Notes: generated by a model from the sequence alone, not told the origin. DNA of 36,692 bases from an uncultured archaeon (GCA_964427055.1 CAYRSQ010000003.1:1-36692); one strand, 5' to 3'. Shown: positions 15,260 through 24,454, counted from the first letter of the stretch. Numbers and translations are program-made.

Positions 15260-16234
15260 TCATTTGGGCTGGAGTTCAAATTGCTCTGAGAGCTCATAAT
15301 GGTATTTGTAGCCGTATTCTGCCCATATACTGGCAGTTGTTTCCGGATCGGAGAAATCAGTCGGTATAAAGATGCAATCCATAGTATCTGGGACTTCCAA
15401 TTTCTCATCCGAATAGAGTTTTCCATTGTCTTCGATGAAATCGCAGTTCAATATATTCCCTTTCGAATCCGTGGCTATCGATAGCGAATCCCTCAAATCC
15501 AAGTTTATGCCGCCGGCTTCAATTACTGTGTCTCTCACAGACCCTATTGAACTGCTTCCCACGTCCTCAAAACTCATTTTCACCGTGAAAGGTATTCCTT
15601 TCGTTCCCCAATATTCCTTTACGGTCTTTCCATCGACCACTTTCTCGCCTCTGGATGGCAATGCAAATTCCAGTTTTATAGGACCGTATGTTGCGGAACT
15701 CTGGGAATATTCCGAGCTTGGATTGTCTTTCAGAGTGTTGTCTATGACCGGCACGTCAAATTTCCTGAAACCTGAATACTCGTATTCGACATAGTAATAA
15801 ATCGTGTAGGTTTTGGGGCTTATCGGATTACTGTCAATCGTATTCAATGTCAGTAGGATTCTTCTGCTGTCTTGAGGCTCTATTTCGCCGTATTCGCTGT
15901 TTTCATCGAAAAGGCACACTTCTTTCACTCCGTTGGAATCGTTGTCTTTGTCTATCGCTTCAGCGCCTTCGCATACAAGTTCGAACGACGTTGGATCGAA
16001 TCCCGGATAGTTAGGGAACCCAACTTCCACTCTGGGAACTTTCTCTTCGCCATTGTTCTGCACAACAAATTCTATTACCACCGGGCTATTAGGATATGGA
16101 TTTTTATTAGACACATAATAATCTTCGATTGTGATTATGTCGTCGCTGTAATGTATCAATTCGGTGTCCTGTTCTATGCACCCCGAGAGGACGACTACAA
16201 GGACCAGACTCGCCAACAAAATGCTGCTCTTCAT
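15260..16234 (-). CDS. Surface lipoprotein-like protein with two CARDB-like domains (paralogue of the N-terminal part of 13811..15202)
   Basis: Signal plus lipobox-like VLSGC/IEQ. Segment NSPVVIEFVVQNNGEEKVPRVEVGF. Shared strand motifs YVEYEYSG, GPIKLEFALP and AEYGYKYHYELSEQFEL. Confidence 0.6.
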   Translation of the reverse strand: MKSSILLASLVLVVVLSGCIEQDTELIHYSDDIITIEDYYVSNKNPYPNSPVVIEFVVQNNGEEKVPRVEVGFPNYPGFDPTSFELVCEGAEAIDKDNDSNGVKEVCLFDENSEYGEIEPQDSRRILLTLNTIDSNPISPKTYTIYYYVEYEYSGFRKFDVPVIDNTLKDNPSSEYSQSSATYGPIKLEFALPSRGEKVVDGKTVKEYWGTKGIPFTVKMSFEDVGSSSIGSVRDTVIEAGGINLDLRDSLSIATDSKGNILNCDFIEDNGKLYSDEKLEVPDTMDCIFIPTDFSDPETTASIWAEYGYKYHYELSEQFELQPK

Positions 16235-16272
16235 TGAATAACTTTTAAACTTGGACAGTTATTAATTTTACA

Positions 16273-17055
16273 ATGGATTTCGGCCAAGAGATAATTGACT
16301 ATTTCCTAACACCAACGGCGACAGGATATACCGTATCAAAGACACTGGCATATTCCTTGGTGTTGATAGTTGCGGTCTACGGCATATTCAGACTACTTAA
16401 AAAACTTGGAATAAAGGTTGACAAAAAACTTGTGATATCGATAATCCCTTTCATCGTGTTTGGGTCTACATTGAGGGTAATACAAGATGCTGGACTGGTA
16501 GACTCGTACTTTTTCGTAACGCCTGGGATATACCTGTTGGTGTTTATAATGGCATTCTCATCCATAATGGTTTCCGCCATTCTAGATAAAAAATACTCTA
16601 TGCCGTACTATAAGACATCTTTCATTCTCGGAGTGATATCCCTTCCGTTCCTGTTTGCACGTCTAGATATTCTAGCCAATCTGGAAGGATGCGGACTGGT
16701 TCTTCTGATGTTCCTGCCATGGATTATACTCGCAAAGTTACACACATGGAGTTTAGAAAACAAGATAGTCACTCTTCTCCATGTTTTTGATTCCACTGTG
16801 ACAGCCGTTTCCATGAAATTTTTCGGATACTACGAACAGCATGTTTTCCCGACATACTTCATAAACCTTTTCGGCCCGTTTTCATTCATATTCCTAAAAC
16901 TGGCCGTAATAGGTTCCGTATTGATGATTATAGACAGGATAGCTAAAGATGAGGAGATTGACGATGAGTTCGTTTTCTATGTAAAACTTGTCATCGGCAT
17001 ACTGGGCGCCGCTACAGGAGCTAGAGACTTCATAACACTTGTCTCCGGAATCTGA
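16273..17055 (+). CDS. Polytopic membrane protein (possibly DUF63 family)
   Basis: About 7 hydrophobic segments. The N-terminal pattern …GYTVSKTLAYSLVLIVAVYGIFRLLKKLGIKVDKKL…GSTLRVIQD resembles my recollection of archaeal DUF63. Family assignment not verified. Confidence 0.45.
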   Translation: MDFGQEIIDYFLTPTATGYTVSKTLAYSLVLIVAVYGIFRLLKKLGIKVDKKLVISIIPFIVFGSTLRVIQDAGLVDSYFFVTPGIYLLVFIMAFSSIMVSAILDKKYSMPYYKTSFILGVISLPFLFARLDILANLEGCGLVLLMFLPWIILAKLHTWSLENKIVTLLHVFDSTVTAVSMKFFGYYEQHVFPTYFINLFGPFSFIFLKLAVIGSVLMIIDRIAKDEEIDDEFVFYVKLVIGILGAATGARDFITLVSGI

Positions 17056-18195
17056 TTATTGGTAATATTCAACAGTAAGGAACGCATCGGTCAGCTCATA
17101 GACTGCATTTTCTTCGAACATAAAGAGCAGCGTATTCTTGCCTTCTTTCAGATAAAGCGGATTCCCGAACATGTCCTCGTCAAGTGAGGTTTCCAATATG
17201 GAAACCGGGGGTTTCTGGAAGTATGATATCTGGTTGTTGACTTTGATCAGCATGTTCGGAAGGTAGGAACTATGTGTTTTTACCCTCCCGAAAAGGTTGA
17301 ACTGCTTGAAGTTCTCAATTTCATAATCGTTTAATGTTATGTTGAAAGATTGTGCAGATGCTCCTTCATAATCAAGATTCAGTTTTGCCGACTGTATGTC
17401 ATACCTAGTTGCGCCCCAGAAAACAATTCCGGGATAATCCGCCTCTATCTTCACTATGTTTCCTCGTTCTATGTAGTCCTTGTCAATGGGTATCAGTATC
17501 TCCCCTGCCCCTACTTCATTATCATATATTTTCTGATCATTGATGTATACAATCAAATTACCGAATCCGTTCGTATCCTCTATCAGAAGTTGGACACTCC
17601 CTCCGGTGGTTATGTCTATCCTGTCGTCAGTTATAAGTCCTGTCAGTGTTTCAGACCTGCTGGACACGTAGCTCCTGGACACTGCAACATCCTGTTTAAA
17701 GTCGAGTAAATCGGTCCCTTTCGCATATACAACAGAAAAGTCGATAGGGAATTCGTTCTCTGATATCATTCTCTCAGTGGTCGTAAGTTCATCCTCGTCC
17801 ACGACCTCCACAGACAATGAAAATTCGTCCTTGCCGCCCTCACTCTGAATGTACACCTTTCCGCTGTACGTCCCGAATTCCACATCTTTAGGCGGCTCTA
17901 TTGTAACAACTACGACAGTAGAATCGTCGACATTGAAATTGTTCTTGCTGAACTTTATCCAATCTGACACTTCCCCCTTCGCAGTCAAGTTCACAGAGGT
18001 CAATCCCTGAACGCTGCCTATAGTGAAATCGAACTTCGTCTCTTCGCCCGGAATGGCTTTGATTGTGAACTCCGACGCTTCCACTACAGGGGCGCCTTCA
18101 GTCGGGACCGCCCAGCTGAATGCGAGCACGAATATCAATAGAAGTCCTGCCAGTAAAACGAATGTAAATTCATCTATCTTCGGCAATTCCGGCAC
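17056..18195 (-). CDS. N-terminally anchored extracellular protein, hypothetical
   Basis: One N-terminal TM helix (FTFVLLAGLLLIFVLAFSWAV) followed by a beta-rich ectodomain (…EFTIKAIPGEETKFDFTIGS…GTYSGKVYIQSEGG…). No family recognised. Confidence 0.55.
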   Translation of the reverse strand: MPELPKIDEFTFVLLAGLLLIFVLAFSWAVPTEGAPVVEASEFTIKAIPGEETKFDFTIGSVQGLTSVNLTAKGEVSDWIKFSKNNFNVDDSTVVVVTIEPPKDVEFGTYSGKVYIQSEGGKDEFSLSVEVVDEDELTTTERMISENEFPIDFSVVYAKGTDLLDFKQDVAVSRSYVSSRSETLTGLITDDRIDITTGGSVQLLIEDTNGFGNLIVYINDQKIYDNEVGAGEILIPIDKDYIERGNIVKIEADYPGIVFWGATRYDIQSAKLNLDYEGASAQSFNITLNDYEIENFKQFNLFGRVKTHSSYLPNMLIKVNNQISYFQKPPVSILETSLDEDMFGNPLYLKEGKNTLLFMFEENAVYELTDAFLTVEYYQ

Positions 18196-18246
18196 TATAA
18201 CACCTATGTAAATTTGTCTTTTGAAGAAATTAAAATGTTGCCGGTA

Positions 18247-18435
18247 TCAGTTTTCCTGTGCTTTTAGGTTCGTCACGTATCCGGTTATGGCATTGATCAG
18301 TTTCTTCGATTTCATCGTCATTAGTTCCTTAACAATCCCTTTGTTTTCAGAAAAGTCCAGAGTGAACCTTTCAGGATAATTCACATAGAGCGTTCTACCT
18401 ATCCTTTTTACATACGATGTCTTTATGTTACCCAT
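18247..18435 (-). CDS. rps17e: 30S ribosomal protein S17e (eS17)
   Basis: MGNIKTSYVKRIGRTLYVNYPERFTLDFSENKGIV…SKKLINAITGYVT matches the conserved S17e pattern. Length is 62 aa. Confidence 0.85.
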   Translation of the reverse strand: MGNIKTSYVKRIGRTLYVNYPERFTLDFSENKGIVKELMTMKSKKLINAITGYVTNLKAQEN

Positions 18436-18453
18436 GATTACTACCTCCTATAA

Positions 18454-19026
18454 TTACGGTGTTAACCTTTTTATTTCATAGTATGTGGGTGATCCTTCCT
18501 TGTCCAAGACCGCCCAAACGAAAGTCGCCCTTATGTTGTGCGCCAATCTGACAGCCCTGGACATCTCAGGCAGTGAAAAAGCGGCCTCTTCTGGGACGCA
18601 ATGGACTACGAACTTGGTGTGTTCGTGAGACTCTTTTGGTCCCCTTTTCAGCTTGACGCCTCTTTCATACACTCTGAAATGGGCGCCGAATTTGAATCCA
18701 GTCTTCACGACATATCCTCTGTTCCTAAGATCCCTGTATACCATGAACTGGGCGTAGAACTGGTTGACGGTTTCTGAACCTACTTTCAACATGTCCTCCA
18801 GTTTAAGTGCCTTTTTTCTCTTTCCCGTTTTTTTCTCGAAAATTTCCAATCTGTCTTTCTCCAAAAGGTATGTGGCTTCTACTAGCTCCAATTCCAACCT
18901 GGTAGGTTTCTCTTCGGGCATGAGTGTCCCGAAACTGGACTCGTCAAAGAGCACCATGGCTGAAGAGTGTGAGATTACTACCCTGTTCTCAATCAGTTCC
19001 CCTTCGAATGACCTTTTCTTTGGCAT
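18454..19026 (-). CDS. endA: tRNA-splicing endonuclease, short single-unit (alpha4-like) form
   Basis: Motifs YRDLRNRGYVVKTGFKFGAHFRVYE, HEHTKFVVHCV and LPEMSRAVRLAHNIRATFVWAVLD. Start moved to ATG 19026 (MPKKRSF…) because the longer track ORF overlaps tRNA-Phe. Confidence 0.85.
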   Translation of the reverse strand: MPKKRSFEGELIENRVVISHSSAMVLFDESSFGTLMPEEKPTRLELELVEATYLLEKDRLEIFEKKTGKRKKALKLEDMLKVGSETVNQFYAQFMVYRDLRNRGYVVKTGFKFGAHFRVYERGVKLKRGPKESHEHTKFVVHCVPEEAAFSLPEMSRAVRLAHNIRATFVWAVLDKEGSPTYYEIKRLTP

Positions 19027-19039
19027 GTATATCACTTGA

Positions 19040-19113
19040 TGGGAGCGACGAGATTTGAACTCGTGACACATCGGTCTTCAGCCGATTGCTCTCCCAGGCT
19101 GAGCTACGCTCCC
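19040..19113 (-). tRNA. tRNA-Phe (anticodon GAA)
   Basis: Reverse complement GGGAGCG-TA-GCTC-AGCCTGGGA-GAGC-A-ATCGG-CTGAAGA-CCGAT-GTGTC-ACGAG-TTCAAAT-CTCGT-CGCTCCC-A folds as a perfect cloverleaf. Confidence 0.92.
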
Positions 19114-19179
19114 TTCATTTTTAATGAAGTTTACTGGTTCTTAAGTATTACTTTGTTTGTATTGCCTATTAGAAATCTT

Positions 19180-19863
19180 TCACTTTTTAAAAATTCTGTA
19201 TTTCAATCCTTCTTTCAATATGAACAGTGTTATTCCAGAAACCATTCTAATTCCCCTTGGAATTTCGCTCCTATGATTATAAGTCACCGTTACTGGTACT
19301 TGATATATTTTTAGGCCATTCTTCACCGCGTGCGAAAGTAGAGAATTCTCTATAATATAACCCCCATGGAGAGCATCTTTTGCCATATCGATCGCGTCCG
19401 TTTTAATCGCCATATATCCGCAGTTCGTATCGAACATTTTTGTACCGAAAAATGTATTGAAAGCCGTTTTCCATACAAAATTTCCCAATCTGTGCCTGAA
19501 TGGGACATTGGACCAGTCCCTGAACCCCATTACCATGTCGGCTGTCCCATCTTTCAATGGCTTAAGCAACCTGTCAGCCTCCTCAGGATAATACTGTAAA
19601 TCGGCGTCTATGAAGATTATGTTCTCTATCTCTGGCATGTTCTTTGATACGTATTCTATGCCTGTCTTCAGCGCTTCTCCCTTGCCGGCATTTTTGGTTT
19701 TTCTTATTACAATAGATCCGCTTTTCTCGGCTATCTCAGAAGTTCTGTCAATGGAATTGTCATCAATTACCACAGGAATTAGACCAGCTTTTTGTATCCT
19801 TTCCACGACTTCCTTTATCGTTTTTTCTTCGTTATACGCTGGTATGATGGCGCAGTCTTTCAT
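19180..19863 (-). CDS. Family 2 glycosyltransferase (dolichyl-phosphate sugar synthase-like)
   Basis: Motifs AIIPAYNEEKTI, VVIDDNSIDRTSEIAE and FIDADLQY (DxD) are typical of GT2 / DPM1-like enzymes. Confidence 0.75.
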   Translation of the reverse strand: MKDCAIIPAYNEEKTIKEVVERIQKAGLIPVVIDDNSIDRTSEIAEKSGSIVIRKTKNAGKGEALKTGIEYVSKNMPEIENIIFIDADLQYYPEEADRLLKPLKDGTADMVMGFRDWSNVPFRHRLGNFVWKTAFNTFFGTKMFDTNCGYMAIKTDAIDMAKDALHGGYIIENSLLSHAVKNGLKIYQVPVTVTYNHRSEIPRGIRMVSGITLFILKEGLKYRIFKK

Positions 19864-19899
19864 AAAGCTAATTAAACCGTTAATTTCTTAAACTTTCAT

Positions 19900-20988
19900 T
19901 CAAGGCAAGAATTCCTTCTTTTTTATCTTGTTCGGAAGATACTCCTCGGTCATGAATCTCAACCCTCTGCCTGATAGAGCTTCCAGTTCGGCTTTTTTCC
20001 TGTTTTTTATTAGGAGTTTCAACTCCTTCTGCCATTCCTCGCTCTGGAACCACTCGTATTTCATCATATCTTTCGCTCTCTTAATGTCAACTTCCTTCGC
20101 TTTGATAGTGTATTTGTCCAGCCCGAACTCGTCTATGTCGCTGATAGTCAAGCCGATGTATTGTGCATTAGGGGTGCACAATTCATCGGATACGTGTGCT
20201 AGTGCCATGGAACCGTGTTTTATGACAGAATATATATACCATCCGTAGGGATCAGAATCACAAAAGACGTACACTGGCAGTTTGTGTTCGGTGGATAACC
20301 TGTTTATCAATCTCCTGCAGCCTCTAGCAGCCTGGCCCTGTGTAGTCACTATAACGCAATCATGTTTTTCCCAATACCTGTCTTCATGCAGACGTTCGAA
20401 TGCTGCGTTTTTCTCTATTACAAGTATGTATTTCGCGTCAACTTTCTTGAATTGTATGTTCTCGACGTTGCTAGGTATGGCCCATCCGCCACTTCCCAAT
20501 TTGCTCCAGTCCACATTGTCCCCCCGATCGACTACAGAAACCTTCCCTACTACTCTGCCTCTTATATCAGCCGTCAAGTGAAGCTTTTCTCTTAGCGTGT
20601 CTAGAGCCACTTCAATATCAACGACTATTGGATCACTGTCGCTCTGCTCGTTGAACGTAGTTTCGTTGGAATCCTTCAAGGTCCTCTTTAGGTTATAATA
20701 CATGTCTCTTAGGCTCGTGTTTATTCCTTCCTTGAGAAGGTCCTTGCAAAAAGCGGCTACCATTGTAGTCTGCATGAATTTCTTGGCATGAGAGACGTTG
20801 AACAGGTACCTCTTTGAAACGTTTTCTCCTAGAGATAGCGTCTTGCTTTTCTCGTCATAAACTACATTGGACAATGATCTTATCGGTATCTCTATCTTAG
20901 GGTTTTCCTTGTTCTCGACATCTTTCAATATCTGTTCCCCCATCTGTTCCAGTTTTTTCGTCGTGTCTTTATCGTTCATATCATTCAT
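19900..20988 (-). CDS. top6A: DNA topoisomerase VI subunit A (Spo11 family)
   Basis: Catalytic-Tyr region LRDMYYNL and Toprim region ILVIEKNAAFERL…VIVTTQGQAARGCRRLI…VYVFCDSDPYGWYIY. 8-nt overlap with top6B. Confidence 0.9.
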   Translation of the reverse strand: MNDMNDKDTTKKLEQMGEQILKDVENKENPKIEIPIRSLSNVVYDEKSKTLSLGENVSKRYLFNVSHAKKFMQTTMVAAFCKDLLKEGINTSLRDMYYNLKRTLKDSNETTFNEQSDSDPIVVDIEVALDTLREKLHLTADIRGRVVGKVSVVDRGDNVDWSKLGSGGWAIPSNVENIQFKKVDAKYILVIEKNAAFERLHEDRYWEKHDCVIVTTQGQAARGCRRLINRLSTEHKLPVYVFCDSDPYGWYIYSVIKHGSMALAHVSDELCTPNAQYIGLTISDIDEFGLDKYTIKAKEVDIKRAKDMMKYEWFQSEEWQKELKLLIKNRKKAELEALSGRGLRFMTEEYLPNKIKKKEFLP

Positions 20989-22600
20989 CCTTCTTTTCTT
21001 CCACAGTCATTTCTTCTGCAGGTTCTGCGTCCTGTGCAGCATTCTCGATTATATATGATTCTAGTTTCTTTTCTATGTTCTCTTTGTTTTTATCTGTAAG
21101 GTTCGCGAGAGACTCGGCCACTTCGGGTATGTATCTCTTGAACATGTTCCTTCTCATCTGTTTCTGTTTTGCTTTTCTCTGATTCCTTATGAACCCAGCC
21201 AATTGTCGGCCCGCGTCCTGCAAAGCAAGTTTTATTTCTTTTTCGATAATTGAATAGCTCGCAATCGCTTCCTTACCTTCCGATGTGTATGGTACCCAAA
21301 CAGAAGCGAAATGTACGAGTATGGCCAAAGGCCCCACGGGTATGCTTCCTGAAGACTGCTGAAGTCCGTATCTTTTCCAGTCGACCTGCTCGATTGATTT
21401 TGCTATGGCGCAACCGCTCCTGTTGTAAAGCAACGGAACCTTGTTCGCAAATCTATATAATATCGCGGATGAGTTGGGCTGAAGTTCACCTCCATAAGCC
21501 AATCCAACTTCGACCTGGAACGGATTCCCTCTATAAACCTCAGGTGGTCGAGTGACGGCCACATAATAATCAGCTTTGATCTCCTTCCTAAGTCCATTTT
21601 CTATAAGTTTTTCAGTCAGAGGAGATAAGCAATCAGTCGGAGGCGATATCAACTTGACCATTTGCATGGATTTGTGGAGCCTCTCGGTTTCCATCGCATC
21701 AATATCATCAGGTTTCCTTTTCTCAGAAAGCTTGGAAAGCTTCAATATCTGATCCGCGGACGTCGAGCCGACTCTCGAAAAATCTGTAGTGAGGAAAGAT
21801 TTCAGGCTTCTCGTATTCGTGGTCAGAAGCATCCTTCTCAGGATACCCAATTCAATACCATAAGGGTGTGGTTTTATTTCTTTGGGCCTTTTGGGCATAA
21901 GATTCGTGGTTCGTTCAAACTTCACTACTCCATTCGGACCTTTGTATACAATATGGGCGTATGGATTTGCTATTGCGGTCTGCTTAAGGTATTCCGGTAT
22001 GGACTGAAACCTCTCGATATAAGTGCCTTCAACTTCCAATTCAAGCTTTATTCCTCTCCACTTGTTCTCATTCTTAGATGTCATATGATTGACGATAGAC
22101 GGCTCGTTCTTCACGGTGTCTATCATCATTTCTATCTCGTGTATCTTGCTGTCCCCTGTGCTCGACGTTATCTTGACCGGTTTTCCTGTAGTCAACTGTG
22201 CATACAAGATTGCCCCGCTTATCCCGATTCCCTGAGTTCCCCTAGATTGTTGAAGTCTGTGGAACTTGGATCCGAACAGCATCTTGCCGAAAGCCATAGA
22301 TATTTTTGACTCGACTATTCCTGGACCGTTGTCTTCGAATGACAGCTTGAACCTATCCACGCTTAGCTGTTTAGTCGTAACCTGTATATCGGGAAGTATG
22401 CCCGCTTCGTCGCACGCGTCTAGGCTGTTATCGACCGCTTCCTTGGTTATTGTTATAAGAGCTTTGGTTGAATTTTCATACCCTAGCAGATGTCTGTTCT
22501 TCTCGAAGAATTCGGCTACACTTATGGATTTCATCGTTTCTGCTATTTCTTCCGCACTGCTTATCTTTCTTTCAGCCATTCCAACGCCTATTTTATCCAT
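20981..22600 (-). CDS. top6B: DNA topoisomerase VI subunit B (GHKL ATPase)
   Basis: Motifs SVAEFFEKNRHLLGY, KEAVDNSLDA (Bergerat fold N-box), DNGPGI and SRGTQGIGISGA. Alternative start MAERK at 22579. Confidence 0.9.
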   Translation of the reverse strand: MDKIGVGMAERKISSAEEIAETMKSISVAEFFEKNRHLLGYENSTKALITITKEAVDNSLDACDEAGILPDIQVTTKQLSVDRFKLSFEDNGPGIVESKISMAFGKMLFGSKFHRLQQSRGTQGIGISGAILYAQLTTGKPVKITSSTGDSKIHEIEMMIDTVKNEPSIVNHMTSKNENKWRGIKLELEVEGTYIERFQSIPEYLKQTAIANPYAHIVYKGPNGVVKFERTTNLMPKRPKEIKPHPYGIELGILRRMLLTTNTRSLKSFLTTDFSRVGSTSADQILKLSKLSEKRKPDDIDAMETERLHKSMQMVKLISPPTDCLSPLTEKLIENGLRKEIKADYYVAVTRPPEVYRGNPFQVEVGLAYGGELQPNSSAILYRFANKVPLLYNRSGCAIAKSIEQVDWKRYGLQQSSGSIPVGPLAILVHFASVWVPYTSEGKEAIASYSIIEKEIKLALQDAGRQLAGFIRNQRKAKQKQMRRNMFKRYIPEVAESLANLTDKNKENIEKKLESYIIENAAQDAEPAEEMTVEEKKDE

Positions 22601-22637
22601 TTTATATTTCGTTCTTATTAAATCTTAATTGGTTTTT

Positions 22638-23147
22638 CTATGGTTTGTTTTTCGATTTCATGTTATCTTCTAGGAATTTATATACTCCTCCGTGTTTTCT
22701 GCCTTCTAGGAGCATGCATATAGCTTCTCTGACGAGGCCTATCGAATCCCATCTACCTATGATGCTCACGGTCTTTCCATATACAGAGAGTTTCACATCC
22801 GCCAACTTCTCTAGTATGTTCTTAGTCTTACCTTCACTCCCTATTATTCTTCCCCTAAGGGTCTCGAGTCTGCTACTGGATTTTCCCGAAAAATCGGTTA
22901 TGTTTATCACATGGAGTATATAATCGTCGTCCAGAAGGTACAATGCAGATTCGAAATCGAACCCTCTTCCGTATGCCTTTATGACTTCCTTGGCTTTCAT
23001 TACCTGGATTGGATCTTCCGATTCTATTGAAACCTCTTCTCTCAGAACCACGACGACTTCGATTAATTTCTGCAGCTTTTCAATCAGTTTTCTAGATGAT
23101 TTGAGTTTTTTCAATCTGACTTCTGGTATAGATATAAAATCAATCAT
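22638..23147 (-). CDS. KH-domain RNA-binding protein (archaeal Dim2/Pno1-like)
   Basis: Two KH-like modules. GxxG-type motif in LRGRIIGSEGKTKNILE. C-terminal …AICMLLEGRKHGGVYKFLE. Conserved neighbourhood with aIF-1A. Confidence 0.7.
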   Translation of the reverse strand: MIDFISIPEVRLKKLKSSRKLIEKLQKLIEVVVVLREEVSIESEDPIQVMKAKEVIKAYGRGFDFESALYLLDDDYILHVINITDFSGKSSSRLETLRGRIIGSEGKTKNILEKLADVKLSVYGKTVSIIGRWDSIGLVREAICMLLEGRKHGGVYKFLEDNMKSKNKP

Positions 23148-23156
23148 GTTTTCACG

Positions 23157-23486
23157 TTAATCTGACACTATTTCTTTCAAAAGTCCTTTTCTTTTCAGCC
23201 AATTGGCTTGTGTACCAGTGTACCTAAAGGCGACATCACCTCTTTCAGTGCCCTGAACCTCCCAAGGTTTGACTAGTATCACGTCTCCCGGCCTCATCCA
23301 TACTCTTTTCCTTAGTCTCCCCGGTATCCTGCATATCCTTTCATTCCCGTCGGTACATCTGGCTCTCATCCTGTCGCCACCCAACATGGTATCAATCAAA
23401 CACAATACTTCTCCTTTTCGGGGCGTCCTTATTCTCGATATTTCCATTTCTTCGCTGTTCATTTCTGGCTCCCGTTTCTTGCCCAT
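23157..23486 (-). CDS. eif1a: Translation initiation factor aIF-1A
   Basis: S1/OB-fold signature RIRTPRKGEVLCLIDTMLGGDRMRARCTDGNERICRIPGRLRKRVWMRPGDVILVKPW. Confidence 0.9.
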   Translation of the reverse strand: MGKKREPEMNSEEMEISRIRTPRKGEVLCLIDTMLGGDRMRARCTDGNERICRIPGRLRKRVWMRPGDVILVKPWEVQGTERGDVAFRYTGTQANWLKRKGLLKEIVSD

Positions 23487-23529
23487 TTTTAAACACCTAA
23501 CAATACTTTCGTCTTTAAGACATATACCT

Positions 23530-24447
23530 CTAACGTTTTAAAAGTAAAACTCTGCTCGCTTCGTCCTCTTTTTCTATGCTATACCCAGTCTCTTCTGAAA
23601 GAGATTTGGAAAATTCCCTTATATCATCTAGTGAGGGCACATTAGATTCCGATAACCTTTCCCTGGATTCTCCGACCCAACTATACCCTTTAGGTTCAAT
23701 GAAATCAGGATTGGCTTTTAGAACGAGTTTGGCATAGCCTTTTGGTGAGTCCATATTCATACCTCTCACAAGCGTCAGTCTCATTATTTTCCTGCAATCG
23801 AAACTTCCCATCATTTCCAAACTTGTATTAAGTCTGTTCCAACCGTCCGATATCATGGGTCTGTTTATAGTATTATAGGTTTCTTCGTCAGGGGCACACA
23901 CACTGATGTATAGGTTAGTGGGTTCGTGGTCCAACGATTCAAGTCTGTCAGGTCTAGTGCCGTTCGTAACTAGAAAAGTTATCATTTTCCGTCTCTTGAA
24001 TTCACCTATCATATCCGATATTCTCGGGTACATGGTCGGTTCTCCTGCGAGGCTTATCGCAGCACTAGTAGGATTTATGGCTTCGTCCCACTTTTTCCTT
24101 TCGACGGCATCATTCCCTTTGAATCCCATTAACAGGGACTCCCTCGCCTTTATACACTCGTCTATTATTACTGAAGGATCGTCTGGTTCCGGTTCGCCTT
24201 TCTCTGTGAATTTCAGTGACCTCCAGCAGAACTGACACTGATGGGTACACCATACGAGGGAAGGAGTCATCTCAAGGCACCTATGAGATTCAATACCATA
24301 CCATTTCTCTTTGTAGCAAACTCTGTTCCTTCTCAGGCTTTCCTTAGTCCAATGGCATATTGACACAGCTGAATGTGTCCCAGCCATTCTGTAACCTGCA
24401 TTAACGAATTTTTTCACAGCTTCTTCTGGTACCTGACTATCTGTCAT
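23530..24447 (-). CDS. taw1: 4-demethylwyosine synthase TYW1/Taw1 (radical SAM)
   Basis: Motifs SICHWTKESL…RVCYKEKWYGIESHRCLEMTPS…WCTHQCQFCWR and LAGEPTMYP match the archaeal TYW1 pattern. Confidence 0.8.
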   Translation of the reverse strand: MTDSQVPEEAVKKFVNAGYRMAGTHSAVSICHWTKESLRRNRVCYKEKWYGIESHRCLEMTPSLVWCTHQCQFCWRSLKFTEKGEPEPDDPSVIIDECIKARESLLMGFKGNDAVERKKWDEAINPTSAAISLAGEPTMYPRISDMIGEFKRRKMITFLVTNGTRPDRLESLDHEPTNLYISVCAPDEETYNTINRPMISDGWNRLNTSLEMMGSFDCRKIMRLTLVRGMNMDSPKGYAKLVLKANPDFIEPKGYSWVGESRERLSESNVPSLDDIREFSKSLSEETGYSIEKEDEASRVLLLKR

Positions 24448-24454
24448 ATACTCA

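Noticed and set aside
19036-19314. 92-aa + strand ORF, and the N-terminal 15 codons of the track's EndA ORF (19027-19071)
   Set aside because: Both overlap the well-formed tRNA-Phe on the minus strand. EndA has a sensible internal ATG at 19026.
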